Part shown: positions 22,560 through 33,169 of the stretch, one piece after another
How positions within the stretch are numbered: position 1 is the stretch's first letter
How the letters are laid out: each line of letters starts with the position of its first letter
Source: an uncultured Chloroflexia bacterium
GTDB taxonomy: Bacteria > Chloroflexota > Limnocylindria > Limnocylindrales > CSP1-4
Assembly: GCA_963743795.1 (NCBI GenBank)
Contig: CAVUQZ010000004.1
Coordinates: forward strand, 429,992 to 493,991
Reading direction: 5' to 3'
DNA: 64,000 nucleotides
The notes under the pieces: generated by a model
What the model was told of the DNA's origin: nothing
What the model saw: only the letters and a program-made list of their open reading frames with translations
Databases searched by the model: none
Program-made: the position numbers and the translations under genes

Positions 22560-22673
22560 GGCGGTTCCCTACTCTTCGTCAAGCGGCGCGGCTGCGCTCG
22601 GTGGCTGATGCGGCCCGCAGCCCGGCTGCGATGAAGGCACATTGGAAGAGGCCGCCAGCGCGGCCGACGGCGA

Positions 22674-22684
22674 AGGATAGCACA
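22674..22684 (-). promoter_or_regulatory. putative promoter upstream of rplS (-16 TGTGC plus -10 TATCCT)
   Basis: Minus strand TGTGCTATCCT in the 188-nt trmD-rplS spacer, about 115 nt before the rplS GTG. Confidence 0.35.
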
Positions 22685-22747
22685 AGCGCGGCCGGTAGCT
22701 CAGGCTCCGGCAGCCCGCGACTCTATGGCTCGTCCGTCGCGGCCTCG

Positions 22748-23528
22748 TCAGGGCGCAGCCTCGTCGCGGACCTCGGCCAGCAGCCTCGCCTCCTCCTTCG
22801 TCATCGGCCGATCGGCCAGCAGCTCCGGGCGGCGCGCCAAGGTCCGGCGCAGCGCTTCCTTGAGCCGCCACTTGCGGACCGCCTCGTGGTGGCCGCTGGT
22901 GAGGACGTCCGGGACGGCCACGTCGCCGAAGACCGGCGGGCGCGTGTACTGCGGGTACTCGAGCAGCCCGGCGGTGAACGATTCCTCGGCCGTGGACTCG
23001 GCGTCGATCGCGCCGGGCAGCAGCCGCAGGATCGTGTCGACCACGACCAGCGCCGGGATCTCGCCGCCCGGAGAGCACGTAGTCGCCGATCGACAGCTCC
23101 AGGTCCACCATCGAGCGGATCCGCTCGTCCACGCCCTCGTAGCGCGGGCACAGGATGATCAGGTGGGTCCTGCCGGCCAGGTCGTGGGCCCGCGCCTGGC
23201 TGAAGACCTCGCCGCCCGGGTCCGGCAGGATGACGGTGCTGTCGGGCCGCCGCAGCGCCTCCAGCGCGGCCGCCACCGGCTCCGGGCGCAGGACCATCCC
23301 CGCTCCCCCGCCGTAGGTGTAGTCGTCCACGGTCTTGTGCCGGCCGAGGCCCCACTGGCGCAGGTCGTGGACCCGGACGGAGGCCAGGCCGCGCGCCTGG
23401 ACGCGACCCGGGATGCTCTCGGCCAGCGGCCCCTGGAGCATCGCCGGGAAGAGCGTCAGGATGTCGATCTCGAGCGGAGCGGCGAGCCGGCGCCGGAACC
23501 GCCTTCGAGCCGGGCTCTTCCTTGTCAC
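22748..23528 (-). CDS. trmD: tRNA (guanine37-N1)-methyltransferase, one apparent +1 frameshift at about 23067-23071
   Basis: [36 protein letters not shown] and SIGDYVLSG are in one frame. [20 protein letters not shown]...[12 protein letters not shown] is in the next frame. Removing one G from TCCGGGCGGC restores the protein. Confidence 0.9.
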
Positions 23529-24109
23529 TCACGACGGCTCGGCCTCTCGACCGCCAGCCCGGTCTCGCCTGCTCCGCCTGGGCCGTCTCATCGTCCCCGC
23601 CTCGCAGGCCCAGCGCGTCGCCGTCCACCACGATCTCACCCCTGGCCGGCGCGAAGATGCGGACCACCGCCCGGACGAGCGGCACGTCGATCTCGCCGCC
23701 AGGGCCGCGGACCACGACAACCTCGGCGCCGCCCGCCCGGTAGATGTCGACCACCTCGCCCAGAACGGTGCCGTCCGTATCGGACGACCGCCGCGCCGAT
23801 GACCTGGTGCCAGTAGAACTCGCCGCGAGGGAGCTGCTCGCCCGGGGCCACCACGGCCTCCAGATAGACGTCGCGCAGCGTCTCGGCCGCGGTTCGGTCC
23901 GGAACCTCGGCGAAGCGCACCCGCCAGCCCTGAGCGTCCGGCTCGGCCTCGACGATGGTCAAGGGCGCGTCGCCGCCCTCGACGAAGAGGCTCTGGCCGA
24001 CCGCGAATCGCTCGTCGGCCCGGTCGGTCAGCGATTCCACGCGGACTGCTCCTCGCAGCCCGTGGAAGCCCCGGACCTGGCCTACCACCAGCCTCTCGCC
24101 GGCGCTCAC
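23529..24109 (-). CDS. rimM: 16S rRNA processing protein RimM, at least one +1 frameshift (about 23778-23786), probably a second near the 3-prime end
   Basis: LVVGQVRGFHGLRGAVRVESLTD...EFYWHQVIGAAVV, then TDGTVLGEVVDIYRAGGAEVVVVRGPGGEIDVPLV in the next frame. That frame has no stop before trmD. A TGA at 23529-23531, directly before the trmD GTG, lies in the third frame. Confidence 0.8.
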
Positions 24110-24119
24110 AGCGCGAGGC

Positions 24120-24353
24120 TCAGCTGATCTCCAGCGAAACGGACTCGCCGTCGCGGGCGGACATGACCTTGAGCAGCGTCCGCAGCGCCTTGGCGACGCT
24201 GCCGTTGCGGCCGATCACCTTGCCCATGTCCTCTTCGGCGACGTGGAGCTCGATGACGGTCCCGTCGGGTCCGGTGTGGACCTCCACGACGACTGCGTCG
24301 GGGTCGTCCACGAGATTCTTGGCGACGTACTCGACCAGATCCTGGGCTGCCAT
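24120..24353 (-). CDS. KH-domain RNA-binding protein (YlqC/UPF0109 family)
   Basis: 77 aa with GKVIGRNGSVAKALRTLL, in the conserved position between rpsP and rimM. Confidence 0.85.
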   Translation of the reverse strand: MAAQDLVEYVAKNLVDDPDAVVVEVHTGPDGTVIELHVAEEDMGKVIGRNGSVAKALRTLLKVMSARDGESVSLEIS

Positions 24354-24409
24354 TGGCCTCCTTCAGTCTTCTTCTGGGGCACCGCCGTTCGCGCCGCCGG
24401 CGGGCCGGG

Positions 24410-24688
24410 CTACTTGGCGGGGCTGCTCGTCTTGCGGACGACCTTGGGGATGATTCCAGCGTTCCCGAGCAGCCGCGCGACCGTGTCGGATGGTAGAGCG
24501 CCCTGGGCGAGCCACTTCTTGACCTTCTCGGCGTCCACGGCGAACTCGACCGGATCGGTCCGAGGGTTGTAGTGGCCGAGCGTCTCGATGGCCCGGCTGT
24601 CGCGCGCGCTGCGGCCGTCCATGACGACGACCCGGTAGGCGGGCTGCTTGGTGGCGCCGACGCGGGTGAGGCGAATTCGAACTGCCAT
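24410..24688 (-). CDS. rpsP: 30S ribosomal protein S16
   Basis: ATG at 24686-24688 after GGAGGAA, starting [30 protein letters not shown]. The track ORF is over-extended at its 5-prime end. Confidence 0.93.
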   Translation of the reverse strand: MAVRIRLTRVGATKQPAYRVVVMDGRSARDSRAIETLGHYNPRTDPVEFAVDAEKVKKWLAQGALPSDTVARLLGNAGIIPKVVRKTSSPAK

Positions 24689-24735
24689 GTGCGAGCTGGT
24701 TCCTCCTGAGTTGCTGCGGCCTGGGCCCGGCGAAG

Positions 24736-26649
24736 CTACCGGGCCATGACGACGAGCCGCACGATAACCGTATTGCCGTCGATCGCCGAGTAGGCGAACC
24801 CACCGACATGGTCGACGTAGGGCTTGTAGTTGAGCGTCCACCGCGACGGGTCCGGGGAGAACGCGGCGCCGACCTGATCTTCCAGCGCCGGCACGTTGAC
24901 GTAGATGGATCCTTGGTTGCTGGCCCCGGCTGCACCCATGGCCGCCGTGTAGTCCGCCTGTGCGGCGAGCGAGGTTCCCACCGTCGTGTCGATGACGGCC
25001 TTGACGAAGGCGTCCGTATACCCGACGACGATCAGATTGCCCTTCGTCCCGATCGCCAGCTGGACCGGGGCGTTGCCCAAGCCACCGGTGTTCGCCGGAA
25101 CGGTCACGATGACGATGGTGTTGCCCTTGTAGGTCTCATCGCGAATCTTGAGGCCGGTCGAGCCACCCGAGAGAGTGACCAGGCCGGAGATCAGGCCCAC
25201 CTTGGACTGCGCCGTCTTCGCGTCCGGGGCCTCGGCCACTATGCCACCATCGTACGTGGAGCCGTCCCTGGTAACCACGATCGCGCCGTCGCCGAGCCAG
25301 TCGATGCCACCGATGACGGTCAGGGCATCCTTGACGCTCTTGATGGAGGAGACGTCCAGGCCCAGCGTGGGGCCCTGCGATTCGACCGCGGAGAGGCCGG
25401 TCTGGATCGTTTGCCCGACCGAATGAAGCTCGTCGACGCCGACTGTGGTGGCCGGCAGGCTCGAGGCGATCCGGCTGTCGTGGTTGCCGAGTCGCTGCAT
25501 GCCGGTCGGCGGCATCGCCATTTCGAGGACCATATGGTCCGCTTCCGCGCGTAGCGAACCGGCGAGCCAGGCCGGTGCCTTCCCGGGGTCGAAGGTCGGC
25601 AGGAGCGTGGCCCCCGGCGACGCGGCGAGCCAGCACATCATCGCGCTGGCCGAGTCGACGGCGGTTCGCGCGACCGTGCCGAGGTCGAGATAGAAGCGAG
25701 CGAGGCTGTCGGCCGACGCCGACTTCATCGCCGCCTGGTAGTTGGGGTTGTCCGCCAGAGAGCCTTTGGTCCGAGTGTCGAGGGCCGCCTTCACGCCATC
25801 GACCGTGCCCAGCACCAGGTCTTGGTCGGTGAACGCGTAAGCACCCTGGGCTACGCCGGCATCCGTCGTGTAGATCCTGGTCCCGGCGTAGTCCTGCGCT
25901 TTGGTGGTGAGGTTGAGCCGGCCGACCTCGCCGCTCACCCACGTCTCGGCGGCCGCCCGATCCTTGAGCGCGAAGATGGCCACCGCGTTCGGGATGGAGG
26001 AGCCGTAAGTAGAGGACGGGGGCATCGACAGGTTCATCCCGCCAGTGCCCGGGTCGAAGCTGAACATGTTGGGGTCGAAGCTCGGGAGCACGAGCGGTGG
26101 ATAGCTGCTGCTCATCTCTTTCTGGAATCCGCCGCACGGCATCGGGGTGGATGCGGCGCCGGCGCCAAGGCTCGTGACCGCAATCGAGACCTCGCCTTCC
26201 ATCCACGGCTTGAAGGCGGAGGTATAGCGAAGGTCCGGGGAGACGCGGCCTGTGAGCATGTTGAGGAGCTCGTCCAGTGCGTTGTCGAACTGGGATCGAT
26301 CCTTGAACCCGGGGAAGGGGCTCAAGAAGTCGGCCAGCTTCGCGTGCTGGTCGCCCGGCAGGTCGGTCCGCACCTCCATGAAGAAGATCGAGTTCTTCGG
26401 AGCCATGCTGGCCGTCAGCGACCTGGCGCCGGCCGCACCCGAAAGCACGAAGGCACCGGCCGTGGTGGCGAGGGCGACGATGACGACTACGGCCCCCGCA
26501 ACTCCCCAGCGGAAGCGGCGCGAGCGCGGTGAGATGGTCACCGGGCTGACGCCGGCAGCCCACGAGTCCTGCAACGGAACGATCGTGCTATCGGGCACCG
26601 ATGGTTGCGGTTGGCCCCCTGGTTCTCCCCGATTTGTCCTCTCGTCCAC
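24736..26649 (-). CDS. membrane-anchored protein of unknown function (one N-terminal TM, ~560-aa extracytoplasmic domain)
   Basis: An intact 637-aa ORF. GTG start follows GGGAGGA. TM segment [22 protein letters not shown]. No catalytic motif recognised. It reminds me of DUF3352-type proteins, from memory and unverified. Confidence 0.6.
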   Translation of the reverse strand: MDERTNRGEPGGQPQPSVPDSTIVPLQDSWAAGVSPVTISPRSRRFRWGVAGAVVVIVALATTAGAFVLSGAAGARSLTASMAPKNSIFFMEVRTDLPGDQHAKLADFLSPFPGFKDRSQFDNALDELLNMLTGRVSPDLRYTSAFKPWMEGEVSIAVTSLGAGAASTPMPCGGFQKEMSSSYPPLVLPSFDPNMFSFDPGTGGMNLSMPPSSTYGSSIPNAVAIFALKDRAAAETWVSGEVGRLNLTTKAQDYAGTRIYTTDAGVAQGAYAFTDQDLVLGTVDGVKAALDTRTKGSLADNPNYQAAMKSASADSLARFYLDLGTVARTAVDSASAMMCWLAASPGATLLPTFDPGKAPAWLAGSLRAEADHMVLEMAMPPTGMQRLGNHDSRIASSLPATTVGVDELHSVGQTIQTGLSAVESQGPTLGLDVSSIKSVKDALTVIGGIDWLGDGAIVVTRDGSTYDGGIVAEAPDAKTAQSKVGLISGLVTLSGGSTGLKIRDETYKGNTIVIVTVPANTGGLGNAPVQLAIGTKGNLIVVGYTDAFVKAVIDTTVGTSLAAQADYTAAMGAAGASNQGSIYVNVPALEDQVGAAFSPDPSRWTLNYKPYVDHVGGFAYSAIDGNTVIVRLVVMAR

Positions 26650-26664
26650 GGTGAGTTCCTCCCT

Positions 26665-27996
26665 CTATCCCTGGCCGAACATGCCAGGAATCCGCCGGCC
26701 GAGCCGGCCCCCTGAAAGCTGCTTCATCACCTTCTGCAGGTCGCCGAACTGCTTCATGAGCTGGTTGACATCCTGAAGTCGCGTTCCCGACCCGCGCGCG
26801 ATACGCCGGCGCCTGGCGCCGTTGAGCATAGACGGATCCTGGCGCTCCTCGGTCGTCATGGATCGAATGATGGCCTCGACGCGCTTGAGGTCGCCCCGAT
26901 CGACCGAGGCCTGGGCCTGTTTGGCCATTCCGCCCATCCCCGGGATCAGCTCGATGATCTGGCCCATCGGCCCCATCTTCTTGACCTGCTGCATCTGGTC
27001 GAGCATGTCCTGGAGAGTGAAGCTGTTCTTTCGCAGCTTCTCGGCCATCTTGGCCGCTTGCTTCTCGTCGTAGTGTTCCTGGGCGCGCTCCACGAGGGTG
27101 AGTACGTCGCCCATGCCGAGGATGCGCCCGGCGAGGCGATCCGGGTAGAAGGGCTCCAGAGCGTCGGTCTTCTCGCCCGTGCCCATGAACTTCACGGGGA
27201 GGCCGGTGACGGCGCTGATCGAGAGGGCAGCGCCGCCGCGGGCATCGCCATCGATCTTGGTCAGGATGAGGCCTGTGATCGGGACGGCGGACGCGAACGC
27301 CTCGGCCACGCCGACGGCATCCTGGCCGGTCATCGCGTCGACGACCAGGAGCGTCTCTGAAGCCTTGATCGCAGTCGAAAGCTGCGCGATCTCCTTCATC
27401 AGGGGCGCGTCCACCGTGAGCCGGCCGGCTGTGTCGAGGATGACGACGTCGCGGACCTGCTTGCGAGCGGCTTCCAGGCCGCCCCTGGCGATGTCCAGGA
27501 CGCTCGTGCCAGACGGAGCCCGATAGACGGGAGTCTCAACGCTCTTGCCGAGCGTCACGAGCTGGTCCGCGGCCGCGGGACGGTAAGGGTCCGCCGCCAC
27601 GAGCAACGGCCGGCGGCCCTGGCGGTGGAGGTGCCGCGCCAGCTTGGCCGCGCTTGTTGTCTTCCCGGAGCCCTGCAGGCCTACCAGCAGCACGACGGCG
27701 GGCGAGCCGGTGAGCCTGAACGTGCGATCGCCAGCGGAGAGAAGCCCGACCAGCTCCTCGTTCACGATCTTCACGACCTGCTGGCCGGCGGTCAGGCTTT
27801 CGAGGATGTCGGCACCTGTGGCCCGTTCGCGGACCCGCGCCACGAAATCCTTGACCACCTTGAAGTTGACGTCCGCCTCGAGGAGAGCCAGGCGGACGTC
27901 GCGCATGGCGGCGTCCACGTCGGCCGCGCTGACCCGACCGCGGCCCGTCAGGGCGCCGAGGGTGTTGCGCAGCCGCTCGCTCAGAGCGTCAAACAT
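26665..27996 (-). CDS. ffh: signal recognition particle protein Ffh
   Basis: ATG 27994-27996, MFDALSERLRNTL, GLQGSGKTT, DTAGR, TKIDGDARGG, Met-rich M domain. Confidence 0.93.
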   Translation of the reverse strand: MFDALSERLRNTLGALTGRGRVSAADVDAAMRDVRLALLEADVNFKVVKDFVARVRERATGADILESLTAGQQVVKIVNEELVGLLSAGDRTFRLTGSPAVVLLVGLQGSGKTTSAAKLARHLHRQGRRPLLVAADPYRPAAADQLVTLGKSVETPVYRAPSGTSVLDIARGGLEAARKQVRDVVILDTAGRLTVDAPLMKEIAQLSTAIKASETLLVVDAMTGQDAVGVAEAFASAVPITGLILTKIDGDARGGAALSISAVTGLPVKFMGTGEKTDALEPFYPDRLAGRILGMGDVLTLVERAQEHYDEKQAAKMAEKLRKNSFTLQDMLDQMQQVKKMGPMGQIIELIPGMGGMAKQAQASVDRGDLKRVEAIIRSMTTEERQDPSMLNGARRRRIARGSGTRLQDVNQLMKQFGDLQKVMKQLSGGRLGRRIPGMFGQG

Positions 27997-28084
27997 GGGT
28001 GGCTCGGACTCCTCGATCCGTCTCGCCGTTCCGGGAATGGAACGGCGCTGGGCCGCGGATTCTGGCGGCACCGAAGGCTCGCGG

Positions 28085-28090
28085 AGTGTA
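28085..28090 (-). promoter_or_regulatory. putative -10 element (TACACT followed by CCGCG) upstream of ffh
   Basis: Minus strand GGTACACTCCGCG about 90 nt before the ffh ATG, identical over 11 nt (TACACTCCGCG) to the rpsB element. Confidence 0.3.
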
Positions 28091-28238
28091 CCGCATCGAG
28101 GCTCCCCAGGACAGAGGACCAAAGGCGCGACCTGCCTATCCCTGCGTCGGCGTCTCAGTCATCCAGCCAGCCTGTCAGGCCTATCAGCGCGGCGGCCACC
28201 TCCGCCCGAGATCGCCAGGACGCTCGGCATCGGCGCTT

Positions 28239-29306
28239 CTACGCGAAGAGAGCGGCCACGAAGGCTTCGGGGTCGAACGGCAGCAGGTCGCCCAGCTTCT
28301 CCCCCACCCCAACGAACCGGACCGGCACCTTGAGTGCATCTTCGATGGCGAACACGATGCCGCCCTTGGCCGTTGAGTCGAGCTTGGTCAGGACGATCCC
28401 CGTCAGCTCCACGGTCGCGTTGAAGACCTTCGCCTGGGCCAGGCCGTTCTGGCCGGTCGTGGCGTCGAGAACGAAGAGGACCTCCGGCCTAGCCCCGGGG
28501 ATTCGGCGGTCGATGACCCGGCGCATCTTGGCCAGCTCGTCCATGAGATTCGACTTCGTGTGCAGTCGCCCCGCGGTATCGGCAATGACGATATCGACGT
28601 GGCGGGCAAGGGCGGCGTCAAGAGCGTCGTAGATGACCGCGGCCGGATCCGCGCCGGGGGCGTGAGCCACGAACTGGCTGCCCGAGCGGTCGGCCCAGAT
28701 GCGGAGCTGGTCGATGGCCGCGGCCCGGAACGTGTCCGCCGCCGCGAGCAGCACGGTCCTGCCTTCGGCCCGGAAGCCATGGGCCAGCTTGCCGATCGTC
28801 GTGGTCTTGCCGGTCCCGTTGACTCCAACTACGAGGACGACGGCCGGCTGGCCTTCGGCTGCTGGCTCCAGTCGCCAGCCCGGCTCCGCAGGCAGCAGAA
28901 GCGCCGCCAGCTCGGACCGAACGGCCGCTTCCGCCGACTCCTCGTCCTTCCGTCGACGAGCCCTCTCCACGACGCTGATCGCGAGCTCGCCCCCCACGTC
29001 GCCGGCGATGAGAAGCTCCTCGACCGCGTCCCAGTCGGCGGCGGCCGGACCCTCGCGCAGAAGGCCCCGAAGCCGCGACATGAAGCCGCCGCGGCTCTTC
29101 TGGAGGCCGGCCGCCAGATCTCCGGGAGCGGTTCCCTCAGTGGGCGGCTCCTCCGACCAGCGGATCGCGGGCAGGTCGTCCGGATCGCGGGCAGCCTCGA
29201 CCGAGGCCGTCTGCGGTTGCGGGGCGGTGGGTTCAGAAGCACCGGCTTGAGACGCCGCGGACGCCGTTGCGTCCTCTGGCTCCTTGGGCTTACGACGCAG
29301 GAACAG
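28239..29306 (-). CDS. ftsY: signal recognition particle receptor FtsY (start probably CTG at 29304-29306)
   Basis: GVNGTGKTTT, DTAGRLH, TKLDSTAKGG. The track ATG (29081) lies inside the conserved GLQKSRGGFMSRLRGLL segment. The frame is open upstream to AGGAGG plus 6 nt plus CTG with no ATG, GTG or TTG. Confidence 0.85.
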   Translation of the reverse strand: MFLRRKPKEPEDATASAASQAGASEPTAPQPQTASVEAARDPDDLPAIRWSEEPPTEGTAPGDLAAGLQKSRGGFMSRLRGLLREGPAAADWDAVEELLIAGDVGGELAISVVERARRRKDEESAEAAVRSELAALLLPAEPGWRLEPAAEGQPAVVLVVGVNGTGKTTTIGKLAHGFRAEGRTVLLAAADTFRAAAIDQLRIWADRSGSQFVAHAPGADPAAVIYDALDAALARHVDIVIADTAGRLHTKSNLMDELAKMRRVIDRRIPGARPEVLFVLDATTGQNGLAQAKVFNATVELTGIVLTKLDSTAKGGIVFAIEDALKVPVRFVGVGEKLGDLLPFDPEAFVAALFA

Positions 29307-32300
29307 ATGGCACCTCCTGCCCGCGTGCGGCTGTGGCTGCGCTCGTACGGCTGACCCGGTCGGCCATCTCGCGCGCCTCTTCCAGGCGCAGGCTTATGAC
29401 TCGGCTGACGGCATCGTCGCCGATGGTCACGCCGTAGAGCGCGTCCGCCATCTCGATGGTGCCCCGATTGTGAGTTATCACGATGAACTGCGTCTGGTCT
29501 GCCAGACCGAGCAGGGCTTCGGCGAACCGGCCCACGTTCGCCTCGTCAAGGGCCGCGTCCACCTCGTCCAGGACGCAGAACGGGACGGGGTGGACTTCCA
29601 GCATGGCGAAGAGCAGGGCTACGGCAGTCAGGGCGCGTTCACCGCCCGAGAGCATGCTCAAAGGCTGGGCTTTCTTGCCCGGAGGGCGAGCCACGATCTC
29701 GATGCCTGTGGCGGCCAGGTCCTCGGGTTCGGTCAGGCTGAGACGGGCGGAGCCACCGTCGAAAAGCTGGCGGAAACGGACCTCGAAGGCTGTCTCGAGG
29801 GCCGCGAAAGTGGTTCGGAACTGAGTGGCGATCATGGCGTTGAGCTGTTCGATCAGCTCGCGCGTCTTTGAGATCGCGACGGTCAGGTCGGCGCGCTGCG
29901 CCTCCAGGCCGTCCAGCCGCGTCTTGACTGCCCGATACTCATCGGCGGCGAACGGGTTCGGGGCGCCCAGCTCATGGAAGCGACGGCGGAGCGACGCGAG
30001 CTTGGCCGGGCCGGGTGGCTCGACCGCCGGCGCCGCGGCCCAACGGGTGGCCGCGTCGGCGAGCGCTGCCTCCAGCGAGTCTTCAGGCCCCGCGTCCGGA
30101 TCCTCCGGAGTCGCGACGCCACCGAGAGCCTGACGGTCCCCGCCGGTCCAGCTCGCCCCATCCTCGTGGTCCTCACCCGCCAGCAAGCGGAGCCCCAGAT
30201 CCCCAAGACCGGCCAGCTCCACGAGCACCTGCTCTCGAATCGCATCGAGCTCGAGGCGGGCCTCGAGCTCGGCTACCTCCGCGGACCTGGCCCCGTCCTG
30301 GCAAATTCGGAGGCGCTCCCGAGCCTGCGATGTGGCGGCCTCCGCCTCGGCCAGTCTGGCTCGGGCGGCCGAGGCGGAGGCCCGAAGCTCGTCGAGCTCG
30401 GCCCGCAGTGCCGCTTCGTGGACGGTCGCCGCGGCCAGCGCCTCGCCCAGGCTCTCGCGCTCCGATGCGACCTGGCGTTCGCGGGCGGCCAGCTCGGCCA
30501 TCTGCTGCTCAAGGCCGGCGATTCGTCCCTGGTCGAGGCTGGCGGCCGCGGCGGCCTGCGCCCGACGCGACTCGACCTCGCGGCGGACGGCCTCGACGGC
30601 GGCCTCCTCCGCGGCCAGCTCGTCCCTCCGAGCTCGCAATGACGCCGCCCGCGCTTCCCACTCCGCCAGGGCGCTGGCACGATTGACAGGAGAGGCGACT
30701 TGCGCTGGGCCTTCGGAGGGAGTGGCGTCCAGCGCAGGGCTTTCGGGAGCCGCGCCCGGCATGGCAGAGGCCTCCCCGGCAGACCCAGCTCGATCGGCGA
30801 GCGGTTCGGCGCTCTGGCGAACGGCCGCCCGCAGCCGGTCACGTTCCGCCTCGAGACGGATAGCCTGCGAAGAATGCCAGGCAGCCTCCCGGACCACAGC
30901 CTCCAGGTCCCGGGCGGCGCTCCGCTCCGCCTCCTCCGCTTCGCGCCGGATCGATGTCGCCCGACGCTCGACCTCGCGCGCGGCATCGAAGGCGCCCCTG
31001 GCGGAGGCCGCCGCTGCGGCAGCCTCGACGGCGCGGGCGCCTTCCTGCGCAGCATCCGTCTCCAATCGGGCAACTTCCTCGCCCAGCCGACCGATCTCCG
31101 CTCGACGTTCGAGCAACGACTCGAACCGGCCTACGCTCACGACCCCCAACGCCGTCACGGTGCTTCCATCGCGCGTCACAACGATCCATCCGTCGGGAAG
31201 GAGCTTCTGCACTGCCAGTGCGGCCGCGAGCTCGGGCACCCAGACGCTGCGAGCCAGAATCCGGCTCGCAGCCCCGGCCGGATCCACGCGGATGGCTTCC
31301 AGGAGACGTCCTCCGCCGTGCGCTGCGGCGCCTGCCACCGCGCCTTCGCCGGACGCCTGAGCGCGGTCACGCAGGTCAGCTCGCGACCTCCGGCGGTTCT
31401 CGTCGTCAGGAGTCTCGGAGGCCAGGATGAGAACCCCGCGCTGGCCTTCCAGCTCGGGCACAGTGTTTCGTCCGACGACATAGCCGCGTATCGCTTCGCC
31501 AAGGGCGGCTTCGACGGCTACTCGGAACCCGGCCTCGACTTCCAACCCTTCCGAGAGCGCCCGCCCACCGACCTTCCGCGCCGCCCTGGCGATGCCGCGC
31601 GCCTCGTCCTCAGCCAGGCGCGCCGCGAGGGCGTCGAGCCGGCCGCGCATCGCGGCGGCTCTGCTGGCCGTGGCGGCGGCGCGCTCGGCAGTCGCCTGAC
31701 GGACGCCGTCGCGCAGGTCCAGCTCGGCTCTCGCGGCTTCCCGAGCCGCCGTGGCAGCCTTCTCGGACCCCATGGCGCTCTCGAGCGCCGACCTCGGGGC
31801 CGCGCACGCCTTCTCCGCCTCGGCCAGCCGGCGCGCCGCCTCGTCTGCCTGAGCTCGCTCGTCCGTCGCCTGCCTCTCGGCATCGCCGAGCCGTCGGTGA
31901 GCGGTTTCGCGCTCCTCGGCCCGGGCGGCCTCGATGCGTCTCATTGCCGCCAGCGCCGCGCCCTCGGCTTGCTTGCGGGAGCGCATCGCGCTGAGCTCGG
32001 CGAGCGCCTCCCCAAGGGCCCGCTCGGCCTCGGCCACGGCCGCAGACAGCACGACGTCACGGGCCGGAAGAGGGGCCGCAAGCTCGCGCCGTGCGACCGC
32101 AAGGCCGTCTTGCGCGCCGGCCAGCTCGGCCTCGAGACGCTGCCTGTCACGCTGAGCCGCGGACGCGTCGCTCTGAGCCCGGGCGTCGCGAAGTTGCAGC
32201 TCTGTAAGCACCGCCCTCGCCGCCTCGTGGACGGTCCGCCGCTCGGCCTCGGTCTCCGACCCGAAAGCCAGCTCCCGGGCGACGTCCGCCGCCCGTTCCT

Positions 32301-33105
32301 CGGCCTCCCGGAGCGTGCCGAGTGCGGTGTCGATCTGCGAGCGCCACGAGCCCAGCCGCTGGCCGGCATCCCCGGCGCGGGCGGCTGCGCCGGTCCACCG
32401 GGAGGCCGCGAGGGCGATGATTCCGCGGCCGTATTCCTCGCCGGCGGTCAGGCGAGACAGCTGCTGCTCCGCCTGCGCCCCGAGGCGCCTCGCTTGCGGA
32501 CGGAGCTCCGCCAGAACGTCCTCCACCCTGGCCAGGTTCGTCTCAGCTTCAGCCAGCTGCTCCTCCGCCCTGGACTTGCGACGTTCGTGGCGGCGGACGC
32601 CGGCCACTTCTTCGAAGAGCGGGCGTCTCTCCTCCGGCCGCAGCGCCAGAGCTTGGTCCACCATCCCCTGGCCGATGAAGAGGAAGGCGTTGTCGGCCAG
32701 GTGTGCCGCATCGAGGAGATCGACGAGGTCCTTCAGCCGGACGCGCTGCCGATTCAGGAGGTAGTCGTTCTCACCAGATCGAAACAGCCGGCGTCCAAGT
32801 TCCACAGTCTCGAAGTCGATAGGCAGCAGCCTGTCCGAATTGCCGAACACAAGAGTCACGTCGGCCATGCCCAGCGCGGATCTCTTCTCGGATCCGGCAA
32901 AGATGACGTCCTCCGACTTGCGCAGGCGCAGGGCCCGACCCTGCTCGCCCAGCGCCCAGCGGAGCGCGTCGGCTAGATTGCTCTTGCCCGAGCCGTTCGG
33001 CCCCACGACCGCGCTGATCCCAGGGCCGAACTCGACCGTCGTCCGTTCCCCGAATGACTTGAAGCCCTGCAAACGCAGGGCCAGCAGGCGGGCAGGCGCG
33101 GTCAT
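29290..33105 (-). CDS. smc: chromosome partition protein SMC
   Basis: 1271 aa with GPNGSGKSN Walker A, long Ala/Glu/Arg coiled coils, LSGGERALTAVALLFA signature and VLDEVDAALD Walker B. Confidence 0.95.
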   Translation of the reverse strand: MTAPARLLALRLQGFKSFGERTTVEFGPGISAVVGPNGSGKSNLADALRWALGEQGRALRLRKSEDVIFAGSEKRSALGMADVTLVFGNSDRLLPIDFETVELGRRLFRSGENDYLLNRQRVRLKDLVDLLDAAHLADNAFLFIGQGMVDQALALRPEERRPLFEEVAGVRRHERRKSRAEEQLAEAETNLARVEDVLAELRPQARRLGAQAEQQLSRLTAGEEYGRGIIALAASRWTGAAARAGDAGQRLGSWRSQIDTALGTLREAEERAADVARELAFGSETEAERRTVHEAARAVLTELQLRDARAQSDASAAQRDRQRLEAELAGAQDGLAVARRELAAPLPARDVVLSAAVAEAERALGEALAELSAMRSRKQAEGAALAAMRRIEAARAEERETAHRRLGDAERQATDERAQADEAARRLAEAEKACAAPRSALESAMGSEKAATAAREAARAELDLRDGVRQATAERAAATASRAAAMRGRLDALAARLAEDEARGIARAARKVGGRALSEGLEVEAGFRVAVEAALGEAIRGYVVGRNTVPELEGQRGVLILASETPDDENRRRSRADLRDRAQASGEGAVAGAAAHGGGRLLEAIRVDPAGAASRILARSVWVPELAAALAVQKLLPDGWIVVTRDGSTVTALGVVSVGRFESLLERRAEIGRLGEEVARLETDAAQEGARAVEAAAAAASARGAFDAAREVERRATSIRREAEEAERSAARDLEAVVREAAWHSSQAIRLEAERDRLRAAVRQSAEPLADRAGSAGEASAMPGAAPESPALDATPSEGPAQVASPVNRASALAEWEARAASLRARRDELAAEEAAVEAVRREVESRRAQAAAAASLDQGRIAGLEQQMAELAARERQVASERESLGEALAAATVHEAALRAELDELRASASAARARLAEAEAATSQARERLRICQDGARSAEVAELEARLELDAIREQVLVELAGLGDLGLRLLAGEDHEDGASWTGGDRQALGGVATPEDPDAGPEDSLEAALADAATRWAAAPAVEPPGPAKLASLRRRFHELGAPNPFAADEYRAVKTRLDGLEAQRADLTVAISKTRELIEQLNAMIATQFRTTFAALETAFEVRFRQLFDGGSARLSLTEPEDLAATGIEIVARPPGKKAQPLSMLSGGERALTAVALLFAMLEVHPVPFCVLDEVDAALDEANVGRFAEALLGLADQTQFIVITHNRGTIEMADALYGVTIGDDAVSRVISLRLEEAREMADRVSRTSAATAARGQEVPSVPAS

Positions 33106-33169
33106 GACTGATTCCGGCCGGGCCGGACCTCACTCCTCGAGCGCCGGCGCAGCCCATGGCCGGCGTGGT

